Sequence record: NC_048048.2
Reading direction: 5' to 3' (one strand)
Length of the DNA: 64,000 bases
The notes below the pieces were generated by a model, which was given only the letters and a program-made list of their open reading frames with translations, made no database searches and was not told the origin of the DNA. Below are positions 10,601 to 18,149 of this stretch, piece by piece; position 1 is the first letter of the stretch; each line of letters opens with the position of its first letter. Position numbers and translations under genes: made by a program.

Positions 10601-12937
10601 GCCGATCCCGGCCTCATCCTCGTGCGCCCGGCGTACGGCGATCTGCTGGTCATCAGCGACGACAACTACTTCCACGCCCTGCCCGATCCGATCGTCATCA
10701 CGACGACGGCCCCGGCGGGCGCGGCCGTGGGCAATATTCGTCTCGACGGCGATCTCGCCACCGTCACGATCACGCCCCCGGAAGCCTCGATCACGATCCC
10801 GGCTGATGTCCAAGCCTATACCGGCGACTTCATCATCCTGTCGATCCCGCCGTTCCCGGTCACCGAACTGGCGGCGAACATCAACGTCGCCATGCCGGCG
10901 CAGATCGTCATCAACGGCAACGACGCCGAGGCCTCCAACGAGGTCACGGTACCGATCGTCGGCTATGACATCGTTGTTACGCCGCCGACCGCCACGCCGA
11001 CGGGCGTCCACGCCGGCGACATCGGCACGATCGCGATCACTCCGCCGCAAGGCGGCCCGCAGATCGACGCCAATCCGGCGGCGGCCCTGACCACCATCCA
11101 GGTCGAACCGCCGCGCTTCTACTATATCCCGCCGATCACCGTCATCCCGCCTGAAGGTCAGGCGCTGGATGCGATCTCGGTCGACCTGAACCTGCCGCTG
11201 CCGCCGGCCATCGTCCTGACGCCGTCGGACGCGGGCTTCCAGGTCGGCGTCAACATCTCCCTGCCGCTGACGACGATCTTCGTCTCGCCGATCACGGCCA
11301 TGGTGGTGATCGCCGCCGACGCCAGCGGCGCGCTGCGGACGATCAACGTCGTCAACACCAACGCCAGCGTCCAGGTCCCCAACAACGCCAGCGGCGCGAT
11401 CAGCACGATCACCGTCCAGGCGCCGGAGGCCTATGCCGGCGTTCCGGGCGCGGCGACGGGCGCCCTGACGACCGTTAATGTCGAGCCGCCGTCGGCGACG
11501 GTGAGCGGCGCGGTCCTGGCCAATCGTCCGCTTCTGACCATCACCGTGACCGCGCCGAACGGGGTCGGTCGAGTGCCGGCCGCCACCAGCGGCGACATCG
11601 GCACGATCACCGTGGTCACGCCCACGGCGCTGGCCACGACCGATCTGGTCAACGCCGCTGGCGACATTGGCACGATCACCCTCACGCCGCCGGCCGGTTC
11701 GGCGACTGGCCACGCCCGTGGCATCGGCCAGATCGGCACGATCATCGTCAGCGCGCCGGCGCCGTCGATCACCGTCCCGGCTTCGCCCAGCAGTCCGATC
11801 GGCACGATCATCGTCTCCTCGCCCGAGCCCCAGGCCGGCGTGGCGGTGGACCTGTCGCTGGCGATCGGCACGATCACCGTCAATCCGCCCGAGGCGGCCG
11901 TCCAGGTCATCCCGCCGGTCGAAACCTCCGGCGACATCGGCACGATCACCGTCACGTCCTCGCCGAACGCGACGATCGCCCATGGCCATAATCTCGTCTT
12001 CCCGCTGCGGACGATCAACGTCTCGCCGCCCGAGGCCCAGGCCTCCGGCGCCGTCGACCTGATCACCGAGCAGGAATTGACGGTGATTCTTGCGCCGCCC
12101 GTTCCGTTGCTGTATCAGGAAGCTCAGGTCATCGTGGGTTTCCCGACGATCTTCCTCTACGCGCCGGAAGCCACGGCCCTGGAGATCGCCGAGTTCGTCT
12201 CGGTGCTGGTGACGCCGCCCGATGGCTATGCCGAGGTTCCGGTCGAGCCGGGCGAGGCGCGTATCCGTTACCGCCGCTCGCAGATCAAGGGCAAGGCCCC
12301 CGCCTCCCTGGAGCCGCGAGAAATCGCCCTCAACGAGTTTGATGGCGTCCTCTATTCGCGCGACGGCGCCGGCAACGTCAAGCCAACGCCACTCGGCAGC
12401 ATCGTCGGCCAAGGTGTTCCGCCCGATGGCGGCGATGAAGGTCAGGCGCTGAACGGCGCCCTGTCCTGGAACGAGGTGACGCCGGTCTATAGCGGCCCGA
12501 TCCGCAATGCGCCGCCGGCCGGGACCACCGTGCCGCTGGCCGATGGCGTGGTGGGGTCGAGCACCTTCACCCCGACGGTGGGCTTTACCTACACCCGGCC
12601 GTTCTTCGTGGCCAAGGCCATGGAGATCGCCAACCTTGCCGTCGAAGTGGTCTCGGCCGGCGCCGCCACGGCGACCTGCGAGATCATCCACTGGAGCCTG
12701 ACGGGCACGCCCGGCGCGACCATCGTCTCCGGTTCGGTCTCGGCGGCGACGACCGGTCTCAAGGCTGTGCCGGGCACGGCCACGACCCTGGCGCCGGGCT
12801 GGTACGCGGCGACCTTCTCGGTGGCCGGCGCGGCGGGCACGTCCTATCGCGCCTCGATCACGCCCGCCACGGTGGGGCCGGACATGACCACCACCCAATC
12901 GACCCCGGCCTATGTTCTGGCCGCCTTGGAGGCCTAA
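4667..12937 (+). CDS. 2756-aa giant virion appendage protein: five glycine-rich domains, a LamG/ConA-like lectin domain, an Ile/Thr/Pro-rich repeat stalk and a C-terminal adapter
   Basis: TTG start after AAGGA. Five (W)GxGGGG domain starts. LamG-like segment DFTLEGWF...WAHYAVVR...VYKDG...GKIDEVRLT at ~8150-8680. Repeated ASGDIGTITVxxP units at ~9800-12250. Confidence 0.85.
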   Translation: MVDLVAGTPASVAYTGASVDYVVKAAGQVDIHLWGGAGAGGYYANGSGNANKFGGAGGYTNVRFMASVGDVISVEVGQGGRVPTGSGTTTSAGGLGGWPDGGFGAPNSGAAWVAPGGGGGSTRIYRNGELIAVAGGGGGATGFYGGGNGGGALGFASTDASSGAGGTQLAGGVAGSGTLAVQSGGYFRGGQASTSATTSNAYTGGGGGGGYYGGASNGGGSGAHGSGGGGSGWMTQATDIAGVCRAAPQDGTGAPINPAAISIPAGTAQGGTNNIATGQWGAITPGGNGFAFLTLTDIAAFAPDLPTGSTTVSYTGTRQTYVVDSACSVDFEMWGGGGGGGFYTSGGNAARWGGAAGYTKLTRILYPGDVVEIEVAQGGQAPSGVSQTGGAGGWPNGGAGGRPSAAAPNFGGGGGSTNVWVNGRLLAIAAGGGGSTGFYYGGAGGGRFGLQSSDQTTNNGTGGTWGGVNTTSSQGRGYFLLGGHGSPIESSTIIHANAGAGGGGGYYGGGGAKGGSGTHGSGGGGCGYVSGDNTYNRVMQAGTPATGQPYDPGTKPAGVGVGGVGGNSAGTTGPGGNGACLLTVTPLTGLPTLPTGKTVFSFTNAAEHYVAGNYGVMALKVWGAGGGGCTRSSGTLRRGGGGGFFRVDMVKIAPGDIVTFVVGEGGKGMPGANLGGRGGFPNGEGGNAGDATGGNGGGGGSSHVYVNGKLVGVAGGGGGGAISFDGQTGGLAGYPPSGDGFDKTGASLYAGGYSGQRGAEGNNRGVFMLAGMGQIDGATLDTPNNLCGGGGGGGYYGGAGAVPLNSRFQGGGAGTTYISSAYVGTQQAGTTSGTNITDADWGSSASVGGQGSNTVGNAITNGGHGRIVCQFDTPDLLLESASANTPVASQMQTFMVGTDGTLTLKAWGAGGGGSMMTANNGSELAGGGGYSTATLDVVKGQVVRVWTGRGGGGANYTSGASGAFVGSGGTGGWPDGGTAGMHVSGIFGGGGGSTRVYVDDVMVLVAGGGGGLGIATTTTTPGGGGGATGGNSDAPSGQNLGGLAYRGGQNTGRLTDTSTSGGPFRGGTGYWSGSTSSTSNIQFGGGGGGGLYGGAGSGGTVQSSAYWLGGAGGSGFVADGKGILADDFLRNYTSVQYSFDTNGGVADDARILDTQLLDTAPTVTTTGPKYGTQCLNFPGTGHLTANVPAIGTQDFTLEGWFNPSSVATGVMLLLGNNSIGGFSLHYYPAATTLAFRWNNAAQASDTTYTDSARQANVWAHYAVVRDINGTRVYKDGVQVMSMPGSPQNLTATTLTLGNYNAAAGASTRFAGKIDEVRLTIGTARYRNNNFKPVQFRNTFTTGLTGTSTVQAPNSGNGQPASTGVSGYLAGRGVGATVRTTTGNGNTGGDGQVNYYLLTTNVTATGPIGTVNVGGLTEAAAGAFYSLPAPGSTVVVPYSGARVNYSADDPGGARIKVEMWGAGGGGCSFNNSLTTNGGGGGGYTVYEMDLAQGDKVILQTPSGGYGSTTAGGSNATGINTGGYPDGGDGYRPAFTAFNGGGGGSARMWARGDLAAVAGGGGGSAYGSGSYDYAGGAGGGSSGGQGGYQPDGTNATYPNNGGNQSAGGSGSPNGFSGGSLDGGDGGTTINQPNNGPGGGGGYYGGGGGGAYKAAGGGSGYINTSLAGYRTGSTTGGSGNQPGGMASPNYLAGIGVGSNGKSSQVHGGNGRIVLSVITPTPANASGEIGTVNVITPPTVGYITGTPRGDLPVVQLIQMVGEFGYPAYTSGSLPTVTLAPVESNPTTSAIVIVPINDSTSINVTGVNAAPFFIDGEGVGEPPPVLLTAPEATATVPAAASGSLVDITIVAPEASVDVILPVSASGDIGTITVSPLLGETDVNNDVFPSGNIGTILAISPEGVATPGPPIAIGDLKTVTITAPTGAASAGAVITGAFVDVLLTPPEAGVDGDARGDDLEFAYVQVLPPLVSVSVYQDGETNIYADPGLILVRPAYGDLLVISDDNYFHALPDPIVITTTAPAGAAVGNIRLDGDLATVTITPPEASITIPADVQAYTGDFIILSIPPFPVTELAANINVAMPAQIVINGNDAEASNEVTVPIVGYDIVVTPPTATPTGVHAGDIGTIAITPPQGGPQIDANPAAALTTIQVEPPRFYYIPPITVIPPEGQALDAISVDLNLPLPPAIVLTPSDAGFQVGVNISLPLTTIFVSPITAMVVIAADASGALRTINVVNTNASVQVPNNASGAISTITVQAPEAYAGVPGAATGALTTVNVEPPSATVSGAVLANRPLLTITVTAPNGVGRVPAATSGDIGTITVVTPTALATTDLVNAAGDIGTITLTPPAGSATGHARGIGQIGTIIVSAPAPSITVPASPSSPIGTIIVSSPEPQAGVAVDLSLAIGTITVNPPEAAVQVIPPVETSGDIGTITVTSSPNATIAHGHNLVFPLRTINVSPPEAQASGAVDLITEQELTVILAPPVPLLYQEAQVIVGFPTIFLYAPEATALEIAEFVSVLVTPPDGYAEVPVEPGEARIRYRRSQIKGKAPASLEPREIALNEFDGVLYSRDGAGNVKPTPLGSIVGQGVPPDGGDEGQALNGALSWNEVTPVYSGPIRNAPPAGTTVPLADGVVGSSTFTPTVGFTYTRPFFVAKAMEIANLAVEVVSAGAATATCEIIHWSLTGTPGATIVSGSVSAATTGLKAVPGTATTLAPGWYAATFSVAGAAGTSYRASITPATVGPDMTTTQSTPAYVLAALEA

Positions 12938-13611
12938 TGACCACCGTCACCTACCTGCCGCCGGGCGTGATCTACCCCGAGGCCATCAAGCTTCGGGGTG
13001 GGGCGTTTCCGCCCGGCGCGCTGGCGCCGGGGGAGTTCTATATCGATGAGGAACACCGCCTCCTCTATATGGAAACTTCGGCCGGGCTTCTGGGCGTGCC
13101 GCTCGACGTCCTGGCCATCCCGCCTCTGATCGATCGCACCGCCGATGACAGTCTTGTCCTGGTGCGCACCACGACGGGCGCGGCCTGGGACGAACTCGAA
13201 GCCGGCGGCGGCGGCACGATCTATGACAGCGGCGCCTATCGCGTACCGGGCCTGACGCCCACGGCTCTGGGCAGCCTCGTCCTGCCGGGCGGCACAGGTG
13301 GGCGCGCCATCTTCGAGATGCCCCAGCCCGGAACCCTGACGGCGATCGCCGCGCGCGCCAAGGCCGGGTCGGGCGCGGTGACCTTCACCCTCAAGACGTG
13401 GAACGGCGCCCTGGGCGACACTCTGGCCACCCAGGGCCTGTCCTTTGCCACCGTCGAGGCCAAGGTCGCAAACCTCTCGGTGCCTCTGGATGCAGGCTAT
13501 TACGCCTGGACCTGGACCTCCGCCGCAAACCTCACCCTGGAGACGGTCGAGGGATATCTGTCCTGGTCGACCAGCCCCGAGGCCCACCCCGTCTTCATGC
13601 AGATCAGCTAA
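12937..13611 (+). CDS. 224-aa virion protein related to the C-terminal module of the giant protein
   Basis: TAATG coupling, GGAGG RBS; N-terminal IKLRGG...LAPGEFYIDEEHRLLY adapter-like motif. Confidence 0.8.
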   Translation: MTTVTYLPPGVIYPEAIKLRGGAFPPGALAPGEFYIDEEHRLLYMETSAGLLGVPLDVLAIPPLIDRTADDSLVLVRTTTGAAWDELEAGGGGTIYDSGAYRVPGLTPTALGSLVLPGGTGGRAIFEMPQPGTLTAIAARAKAGSGAVTFTLKTWNGALGDTLATQGLSFATVEAKVANLSVPLDAGYYAWTWTSAANLTLETVEGYLSWSTSPEAHPVFMQIS

Positions 13612-14393
13612 TGGCGATCCAGAACCTTCGTTCCACCGTGTCCGACAGCCTGCCGAACCTACTGCCGGGCATGGTCGCGCTCAACATTCCCGACGACGTG
13701 CTCTGGGTGCGCAAGGAAGGCCGGCGCACGCCCGTCAAGCTCGCCGATGTCCGCGATCGCGCGCCGCCGGCGGACGGCTTGCCCGGCGCGCCTCTCGTGC
13801 GCGAAGGTGGCAAGGCTGTCTGGGACGATGCCCAGGCCCCGTCCAGCGTCGTCAATGGCGTCATTCGCGTGGACCTGCCGCCAGCGCCCGGCGTCTTCGC
13901 CATCCCCGGCGCCCAGATCACCGGCTTTGGCGCCGATCGCCTTCTGGGCATCAACGCCGTCGAGGTCGCGCCCTTCTATGTGCGCTCCGACAGCGTCACG
14001 ATCACCCAGCTTGCCGTCGGCATCAAGTCCGCCTCTCCGGGCGCGGTCCGTATCGGCATCTGCGACTCTCTGGGCATCATCATCACCGACCAGTTGATCG
14101 CCGCGCCGGTCCAGGGCGCCAATGTCGTCACCCTGGGCGCGCCGCGTCTGCTGCCGCGCGGCACCTACCGCACCATCCTCTGGGCCAGCGCCGCCACCAC
14201 CTTCGGCTCGGCCAACGCCAGTGCGCCAGAGCAGGGCTGGGGCCTGACCAATTCCAGTCTTCTCTTCACCCGCGCCTACCAGGGCCTGAAGGACATGAGC
14301 GCCGGCATCGGCAGCCTACCGACGCTCTCGGCGCGCAACACCGCCGAACCGGGCCAAGACAAGCTGGTCATGCTGCGCTGGACGACCCCGTGA
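13611..14393 (+). CDS. 260-aa virion protein related to the same C-terminal module
   Basis: TAATG coupling puts the start at 13611 (MAIQNLRSTV), not at the longer track start. Confidence 0.8.
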   Translation: MAIQNLRSTVSDSLPNLLPGMVALNIPDDVLWVRKEGRRTPVKLADVRDRAPPADGLPGAPLVREGGKAVWDDAQAPSSVVNGVIRVDLPPAPGVFAIPGAQITGFGADRLLGINAVEVAPFYVRSDSVTITQLAVGIKSASPGAVRIGICDSLGIIITDQLIAAPVQGANVVTLGAPRLLPRGTYRTILWASAATTFGSANASAPEQGWGLTNSSLLFTRAYQGLKDMSAGIGSLPTLSARNTAEPGQDKLVMLRWTTP

Positions 14394-14394
14394 C

Positions 14395-14425
14395 AAGAAA
14401 AGGGCGGCCCACTACAGGCCGCCCT
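14395..14425 (-). terminator. Intrinsic terminator between convergent genes
   Basis: AGGGCGGCC/GGCCGCCCT stem; AAGAAA on the left gives a U-rich tail for the minus strand. Confidence 0.6.
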
Positions 14426-14458
14426 CCCCTGGGATTTCGTTTGGGATAGACGTCGGCG

Positions 14459-14818
14459 TCAGGTCTTGCTGGCGGCCGTCGAGCGCTCGTGGAGCCAGGA
14501 CATGGTGTCCTGCCCCGAGAACCGGCCGCCCTGTTCCTTCAGATCGCCCAACTGGTCGACCGACACGCCCAGCGACTGGGCGACGGCGTCGCGGCTGTCG
14601 AACGTGACGTCCAGGGCGTCCTGCTTGCCGAACGTGGAGGACGACAGGCCCCGCTGGAAGGCCTGGACGATCTCCGGCGTCGATTGGATCGTCTGGGTCT
14701 TGCCGTCCACCTCGATGGTGATGCGGGCGTCGCGCGCGTTCGGGCTGTTCAGCGCCTGGAGGGCGCCGTAGGCCTGGACGTATTGCGACTTGTCGTCCGA
14801 CAGATTGAGATCACGCAT
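14459..14818 (-). CDS. 119-aa hypothetical protein
   Basis: AGGAGAG RBS upstream of ATG at 14818 (MRDLNLSDDK). Confidence 0.7.
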   Translation of the reverse strand: MRDLNLSDDKSQYVQAYGALQALNSPNARDARITIEVDGKTQTIQSTPEIVQAFQRGLSSSTFGKQDALDVTFDSRDAVAQSLGVSVDQLGDLKEQGGRFSGQDTMSWLHERSTAASKT

Positions 14819-14950
14819 AGAACTCTCCTCAGAAGGGGTTTGCGGGGCGGTGACGCCGGATGAGCGCCTGAGATGGACGCTATGCCTGGGTTTTTGGGCC
14901 GTCAACGGGGTCTGGAAGAAAAAATGACGCGTGTCAGCAGGCATGACACG

Positions 14951-14991
14951 GTGACGTAATTCTTGACATGGTTAACGGCAGGCCCTATCGT
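14951..14991 (+). promoter_or_regulatory. Sigma70-type promoter with upstream GTGAC motif
   Basis: GTGAC-N7-TTGACA-17 nt-TATCGT. Confidence 0.7.
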
Positions 14992-15016
14992 GCGCCCCTG
15001 ACTGAGGAGTGCTGCA

Positions 15017-15325
15017 TTGACTGTCCGAATCTATGCCCCCGACGGTGAGCCTTTCGACGTCCCGGAGCACCGGGCGGGCGAACTGGTGCTGAACAAGGGC
15101 TTCAGCCGGCTGCCGCACGATCCCAACGCCGTCCCGCTCGTCCAGGAGACGCCGGGCTATCGCGAGACGATGGCCAAGGCCCAGGCCGAATGGGAAAGCC
15201 TCCAGGCCGATCGCGACTACATCGCCGGCCAGGACATCGACTTCGCCAACCTCCTGGCCGGCGAGGAGCCACAGGAGCCCAAGCCTGTGCGCCGTCGCCG
15301 CCGCCGCGTCAAGGACGAAGCGTGA
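15017..15325 (+). CDS. 102-aa hypothetical protein with an Arg-rich C-terminus
   Basis: GAGGAG RBS before TTG; normal codon usage. Confidence 0.75.
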   Translation: MTVRIYAPDGEPFDVPEHRAGELVLNKGFSRLPHDPNAVPLVQETPGYRETMAKAQAEWESLQADRDYIAGQDIDFANLLAGEEPQEPKPVRRRRRRVKDEA

Positions 15326-15834
15326 AGGTCGTAAATCTCTACGGCGGCCCTGGCGCAGGCAAGTCGACCACGCGGGCGGGTCTCTTCTACAAGATGAAGA
15401 TGGCCCAACTGGTGGTCGAGGAGACGCCTGAATACGCCAAGGACCTGACCTACGAGAAGAACTGGACGGCGCTTTCCAACCAGTGGCTGGTGATCGGCGA
15501 GCAGAACCATCGGCTCAATCGCCTGCGCGGGCAAGTCGACTACGCCGTCACCGACAGTCCGCTGCCCCTGGGTCTGATGTTCGCCACCCCGGCGTTCCAG
15601 ACCGAGTGGTTCACCGACGCGGTCTGGGGTCTCTATGACACCTACGACAACGTCAACATCTTCATCGAGCGCGCCAAGCCCTACCAGTCGTTTGGCCGCA
15701 ACCAGTCGGAAGATGAGGCCCGCCTTATCGACCGCAAACTGCGTCACTTGATGCGAGATCGGATCGACCTCTTCGTCCCCGGCGACGAACACGCGTCCGA
15801 CCGCATCATGGGGTTTCTGGGGCTGACGCCCTAG
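15322..15834 (+). CDS. P-loop nucleotide kinase/ATPase (NadR/AAA_28-like)
   Basis: GTG start overlapping the upstream TGA; N-terminal VVNLYGGPGAGKST Walker A, followed by EYAKDL and TDSPL motifs. Confidence 0.8.
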   Translation: MKVVNLYGGPGAGKSTTRAGLFYKMKMAQLVVEETPEYAKDLTYEKNWTALSNQWLVIGEQNHRLNRLRGQVDYAVTDSPLPLGLMFATPAFQTEWFTDAVWGLYDTYDNVNIFIERAKPYQSFGRNQSEDEARLIDRKLRHLMRDRIDLFVPGDEHASDRIMGFLGLTP

Positions 15835-15839
15835 CCGGC

Positions 15840-15914
15840 GCGGCTATAGCTCAGAGGTAGAGCGCCTGCTTGCCATGCAGGAGGTCGCGGGTTCGATCCC
15901 CGCTAGCCGCTCCA
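15840..15914 (+). tRNA. tRNA-Gly: tRNA-Gly(GCC)
   Basis: GCGGCTA/TAGCCGC acceptor, CCTGC-TTGCCAT-GCAGG, TTCGA, U73-CCA. Confidence 0.95.
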
Positions 15915-15936
15915 TTCTTCTTTCCCGTGCAGACGG

Positions 15937-16012
<76 letters not shown>

Positions 16013-16034
16013 CTCCTAAGCTAAGGCCAAGACG

Positions 16035-16289
16035 ATGAAAACGCACGAGTTCTGCTACTGGCTGCAAGGCCTCTTCGAGATCGCCGATCCCAAGACCCTG
16101 GACGAGAATCAGGTGAGGATCATCAAGGCCCATCTCGACATGGTCTTCCTCCACGACATCGATCAGCGCTACCCCGCCGAGCAGCAGCCGGCGCTCAACG
16201 CGATCCACAACGGCCTGAAAGTGGCCGGCAAGCCTCCCATTTCCAAACCCGCGCCGATCCCCGAGGATGGCATGCTCTTTCGCTGTTGA
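16035..16289 (+). CDS. 84-aa conserved phage hypothetical protein
   Basis: AAGG RBS; N-terminal FCYWLQGLFEI motif. Confidence 0.7.
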   Translation: MKTHEFCYWLQGLFEIADPKTLDENQVRIIKAHLDMVFLHDIDQRYPAEQQPALNAIHNGLKVAGKPPISKPAPIPEDGMLFRC

Positions 16290-16567
16290 TCAGCATGATC
16301 GACGACGAGGATGAGCTTCTCTGCGACGTCTGGGGCGATTGCGAGCCCTTTGACGAGCAGGCCCATCTCACGATCGGCGACTGCCAGTATTGCGGAGGCG
16401 TGCGCTACCACGTCAACGGCCGCTGGATGACCTGGACGAGCGCGATCCAGGACTACGTCGATCACCACCGGATCACGGGCTACAGCCAAGGCATGATCCT
16501 CGACGACCACCTGCCCGAGAGGTTCGTGCCATGCAAGACGCCAACTTCGGCTACCATATCCGCCTGA
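16286..16567 (+). CDS. ~90-aa hypothetical protein with a CxxC pair
   Basis: Overlaps the upstream stop; CQYCGG; alternative ATG at 16295. Confidence 0.55.
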   Translation: MISMIDDEDELLCDVWGDCEPFDEQAHLTIGDCQYCGGVRYHVNGRWMTWTSAIQDYVDHHRITGYSQGMILDDHLPERFVPCKTPTSATISA

Positions 16568-16791
16568 TCCCCAAGGGGGTCCTGGGCGAAATCTCCAAGA
16601 TCAAGGAGGAGTTCGCCGAGTTCGAGGACGCCATGGAGCAGGGCAGCCTGATCATGGCGCTTGTGGAGCTTTCCGACATGCAGGGCGCCATCAAGGCATG
16701 GCTGGCCAAGCATACGCCCGGCGTCACCCTCGACGACCTCAACGCTATGAGCCTCATCACCGAAAGGGCCTTCCGCAATGGACGCCGGTAG
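16531..16791 (+). CDS. MazG-like/NTP pyrophosphohydrolase-fold protein
   Basis: SKIKEEFAEFEDAMEQ...LVELSDMQGAI (EExxE...E/DxxD helical pattern). Confidence 0.6.
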   Translation: MQDANFGYHIRLIPKGVLGEISKIKEEFAEFEDAMEQGSLIMALVELSDMQGAIKAWLAKHTPGVTLDDLNAMSLITERAFRNGRR

Positions 16792-17356
16792 CTGGAAACG
16801 CCTGCATCAGGCTGTCGAGTTCTATGTCGATCGCGGCTACACCTACATCGATGCGCCCTGGGCCGTCGGTCGCAAGGTCATGGACATGACCTGCCCGCGT
16901 CCCGATCTGGCCAGTCCCCTGGAGGACAAGTTCCTGGTAGGCTCGGCCGAGCAGTCGTTCCTCGAACTGGAGACCGACACCCTGGGCACGGGGCGCTTCG
17001 TGGCGCTCACGCCGTGTTTCCGCGTCGCCGACGCCGGCCGATCGGTGAACCATTCGCCCTACTTCATGAAGGTCGAGCTTTACTCGAACCTCGCGCTGCG
17101 GCGCGAGCGCGTCCTGCGCCGGATGATCGAGGACGCCAAGGCCTGCTTCACCATGCTCGGCGCGACCAACCTCGAAGTCCATCCCATCCAGGATGAGACG
17201 GCCAAGTTCGCCCAGGACATCGTCTGGCGCGGCCTGGAACTGGGCTCCTACGGCATCCGCAAACGGCAGCACCCGGTTCTGGAAGAGGAGCACATCTGGA
17301 TTTACGGCACCGGTCTAGCCGAGCCGAGGTTCTCCCAGGCGCTCCGTCGATATTGA
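16778..17356 (+). CDS. Stand-alone class II aminoacyl-tRNA synthetase-like catalytic domain
   Basis: Motif 1 (FYVDRGYTYIDAP), motif 2 (TPCFR...H..YFMKVEL) and motif 3 (GTGLAEPRF), preceded by ELGSYG; only 192 aa, with no tRNA-binding domain. Confidence 0.75.
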   Translation: MDAGSWKRLHQAVEFYVDRGYTYIDAPWAVGRKVMDMTCPRPDLASPLEDKFLVGSAEQSFLELETDTLGTGRFVALTPCFRVADAGRSVNHSPYFMKVELYSNLALRRERVLRRMIEDAKACFTMLGATNLEVHPIQDETAKFAQDIVWRGLELGSYGIRKRQHPVLEEEHIWIYGTGLAEPRFSQALRRY

Positions 17357-17452
17357 TTGCATGTCGGTGAATGAGCCCCTACCACGCGACGCTGAGCCGG
17401 CGGCCGGCTTGCGCTGTCCGAATGGGGAAAGAAGAAGCAAGGTCTGAACTAG

Positions 17453-17893
17453 ATGTCGTCAATGATATTTCACGCTTTCGCTGATGACCTGACCCAGGGC
17501 AGGTTTGATCCGGCAAACTGCCGTTTCGGGATGCTCTTGGTGTCCAAGGGATACAACCCGGACCGACGCCAGCATCGCACGCTCCAGGACATCACCCATG
17601 AAATTTCAGGCGATGGCTACGTGCAGGGCGGGCAGGAGATGCAGATCGTCCCTGGACGGGAACTTCGTTTCGTACCGACCAAATGGGAGAAGGCGACCAT
17701 CGGCGCGCGTGGCGCAGTCGTCTACCGGGCCGGAGAGACTGCCGAGGAAAGCGGGCTGGTAGGCTACCTCGACTTCGGCGAAAGGGTCTCTGTCAAGAAG
17801 GCGAACCTGACCGTCTCGATCAGAAACCCCATCAGGATGCCAGGGGTCTATTGGGGCTCTAAACCTTCCCCGGCTGGACAACGGTCAGCCTAG
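17453..17893 (+). CDS. 146-aa paralog of 4176..4592
   Basis: FGMLLVSKGYNP...HEISGDGYVQGG and TIGARGAVVY align by eye with FKVMLVTSAYTP...NEVTGTGYTAGG and TITARAAVIY. Confidence 0.75.
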   Translation: MSSMIFHAFADDLTQGRFDPANCRFGMLLVSKGYNPDRRQHRTLQDITHEISGDGYVQGGQEMQIVPGRELRFVPTKWEKATIGARGAVVYRAGETAEESGLVGYLDFGERVSVKKANLTVSIRNPIRMPGVYWGSKPSPAGQRSA

Positions 17894-17904
17894 CTTCGGG
17901 CGCC

Positions 17905-17945
17905 GTGTCACCGATCTTGACAAGGTCTTCCAGATGTGAGATACG
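17905..17945 (+). promoter_or_regulatory. Promoter of the Glu/Asp tRNA unit
   Basis: GTGTC-N7-TTGACA (17917-17922); the -10 element is weak. Confidence 0.5.
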
Positions 17946-17952
17946 GCGCTTT

Positions 17953-18018
17953 ATGACCTTCTCGACCTTCCTTTTCCGAGAGATCGGCTCCGCGAGCCGA
18001 GATACCACCGCCTCCTAG
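17953..18018 (+). CDS. Candidate 21-aa leader peptide MTFSTFLFREIGSASRDTTAS
   Basis: ATG close to the predicted transcription start; overlaps alternative hairpins directly upstream of tRNA-Glu and tRNA-Asp. Confidence 0.4.
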   Translation: MTFSTFLFREIGSASRDTTAS

Positions 18019-18046
18019 GCTGGTGGTACGACGGCTCGCGCGATGT

Positions 18047-18123
18047 GGGCCTGTCTTCTAAATGGACTAGGAATCTCGGCTTTCAATCGAGCAATGCGGG
18101 TTCGAGCCCCGTCAGGCCTACCA
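18047..18123 (+). tRNA. tRNA-Glu: tRNA-Glu(TTC)
   Basis: GGGCCTG/CAGGCCT acceptor, CTCGG-CTTTCAA-TCGAG, CCA. Confidence 0.9.
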
Positions 18124-18149
18124 ACAATTTCCGATCGAAAGCCACCCTG

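Noticed and set aside
15322-15840. Leader/attenuator for the Gly-Thr tRNA pair
   Set aside because: tRNA-Gly starts 5 nt after the stop of an ordinary kinase gene; there is no room for a leader ORF or switch.
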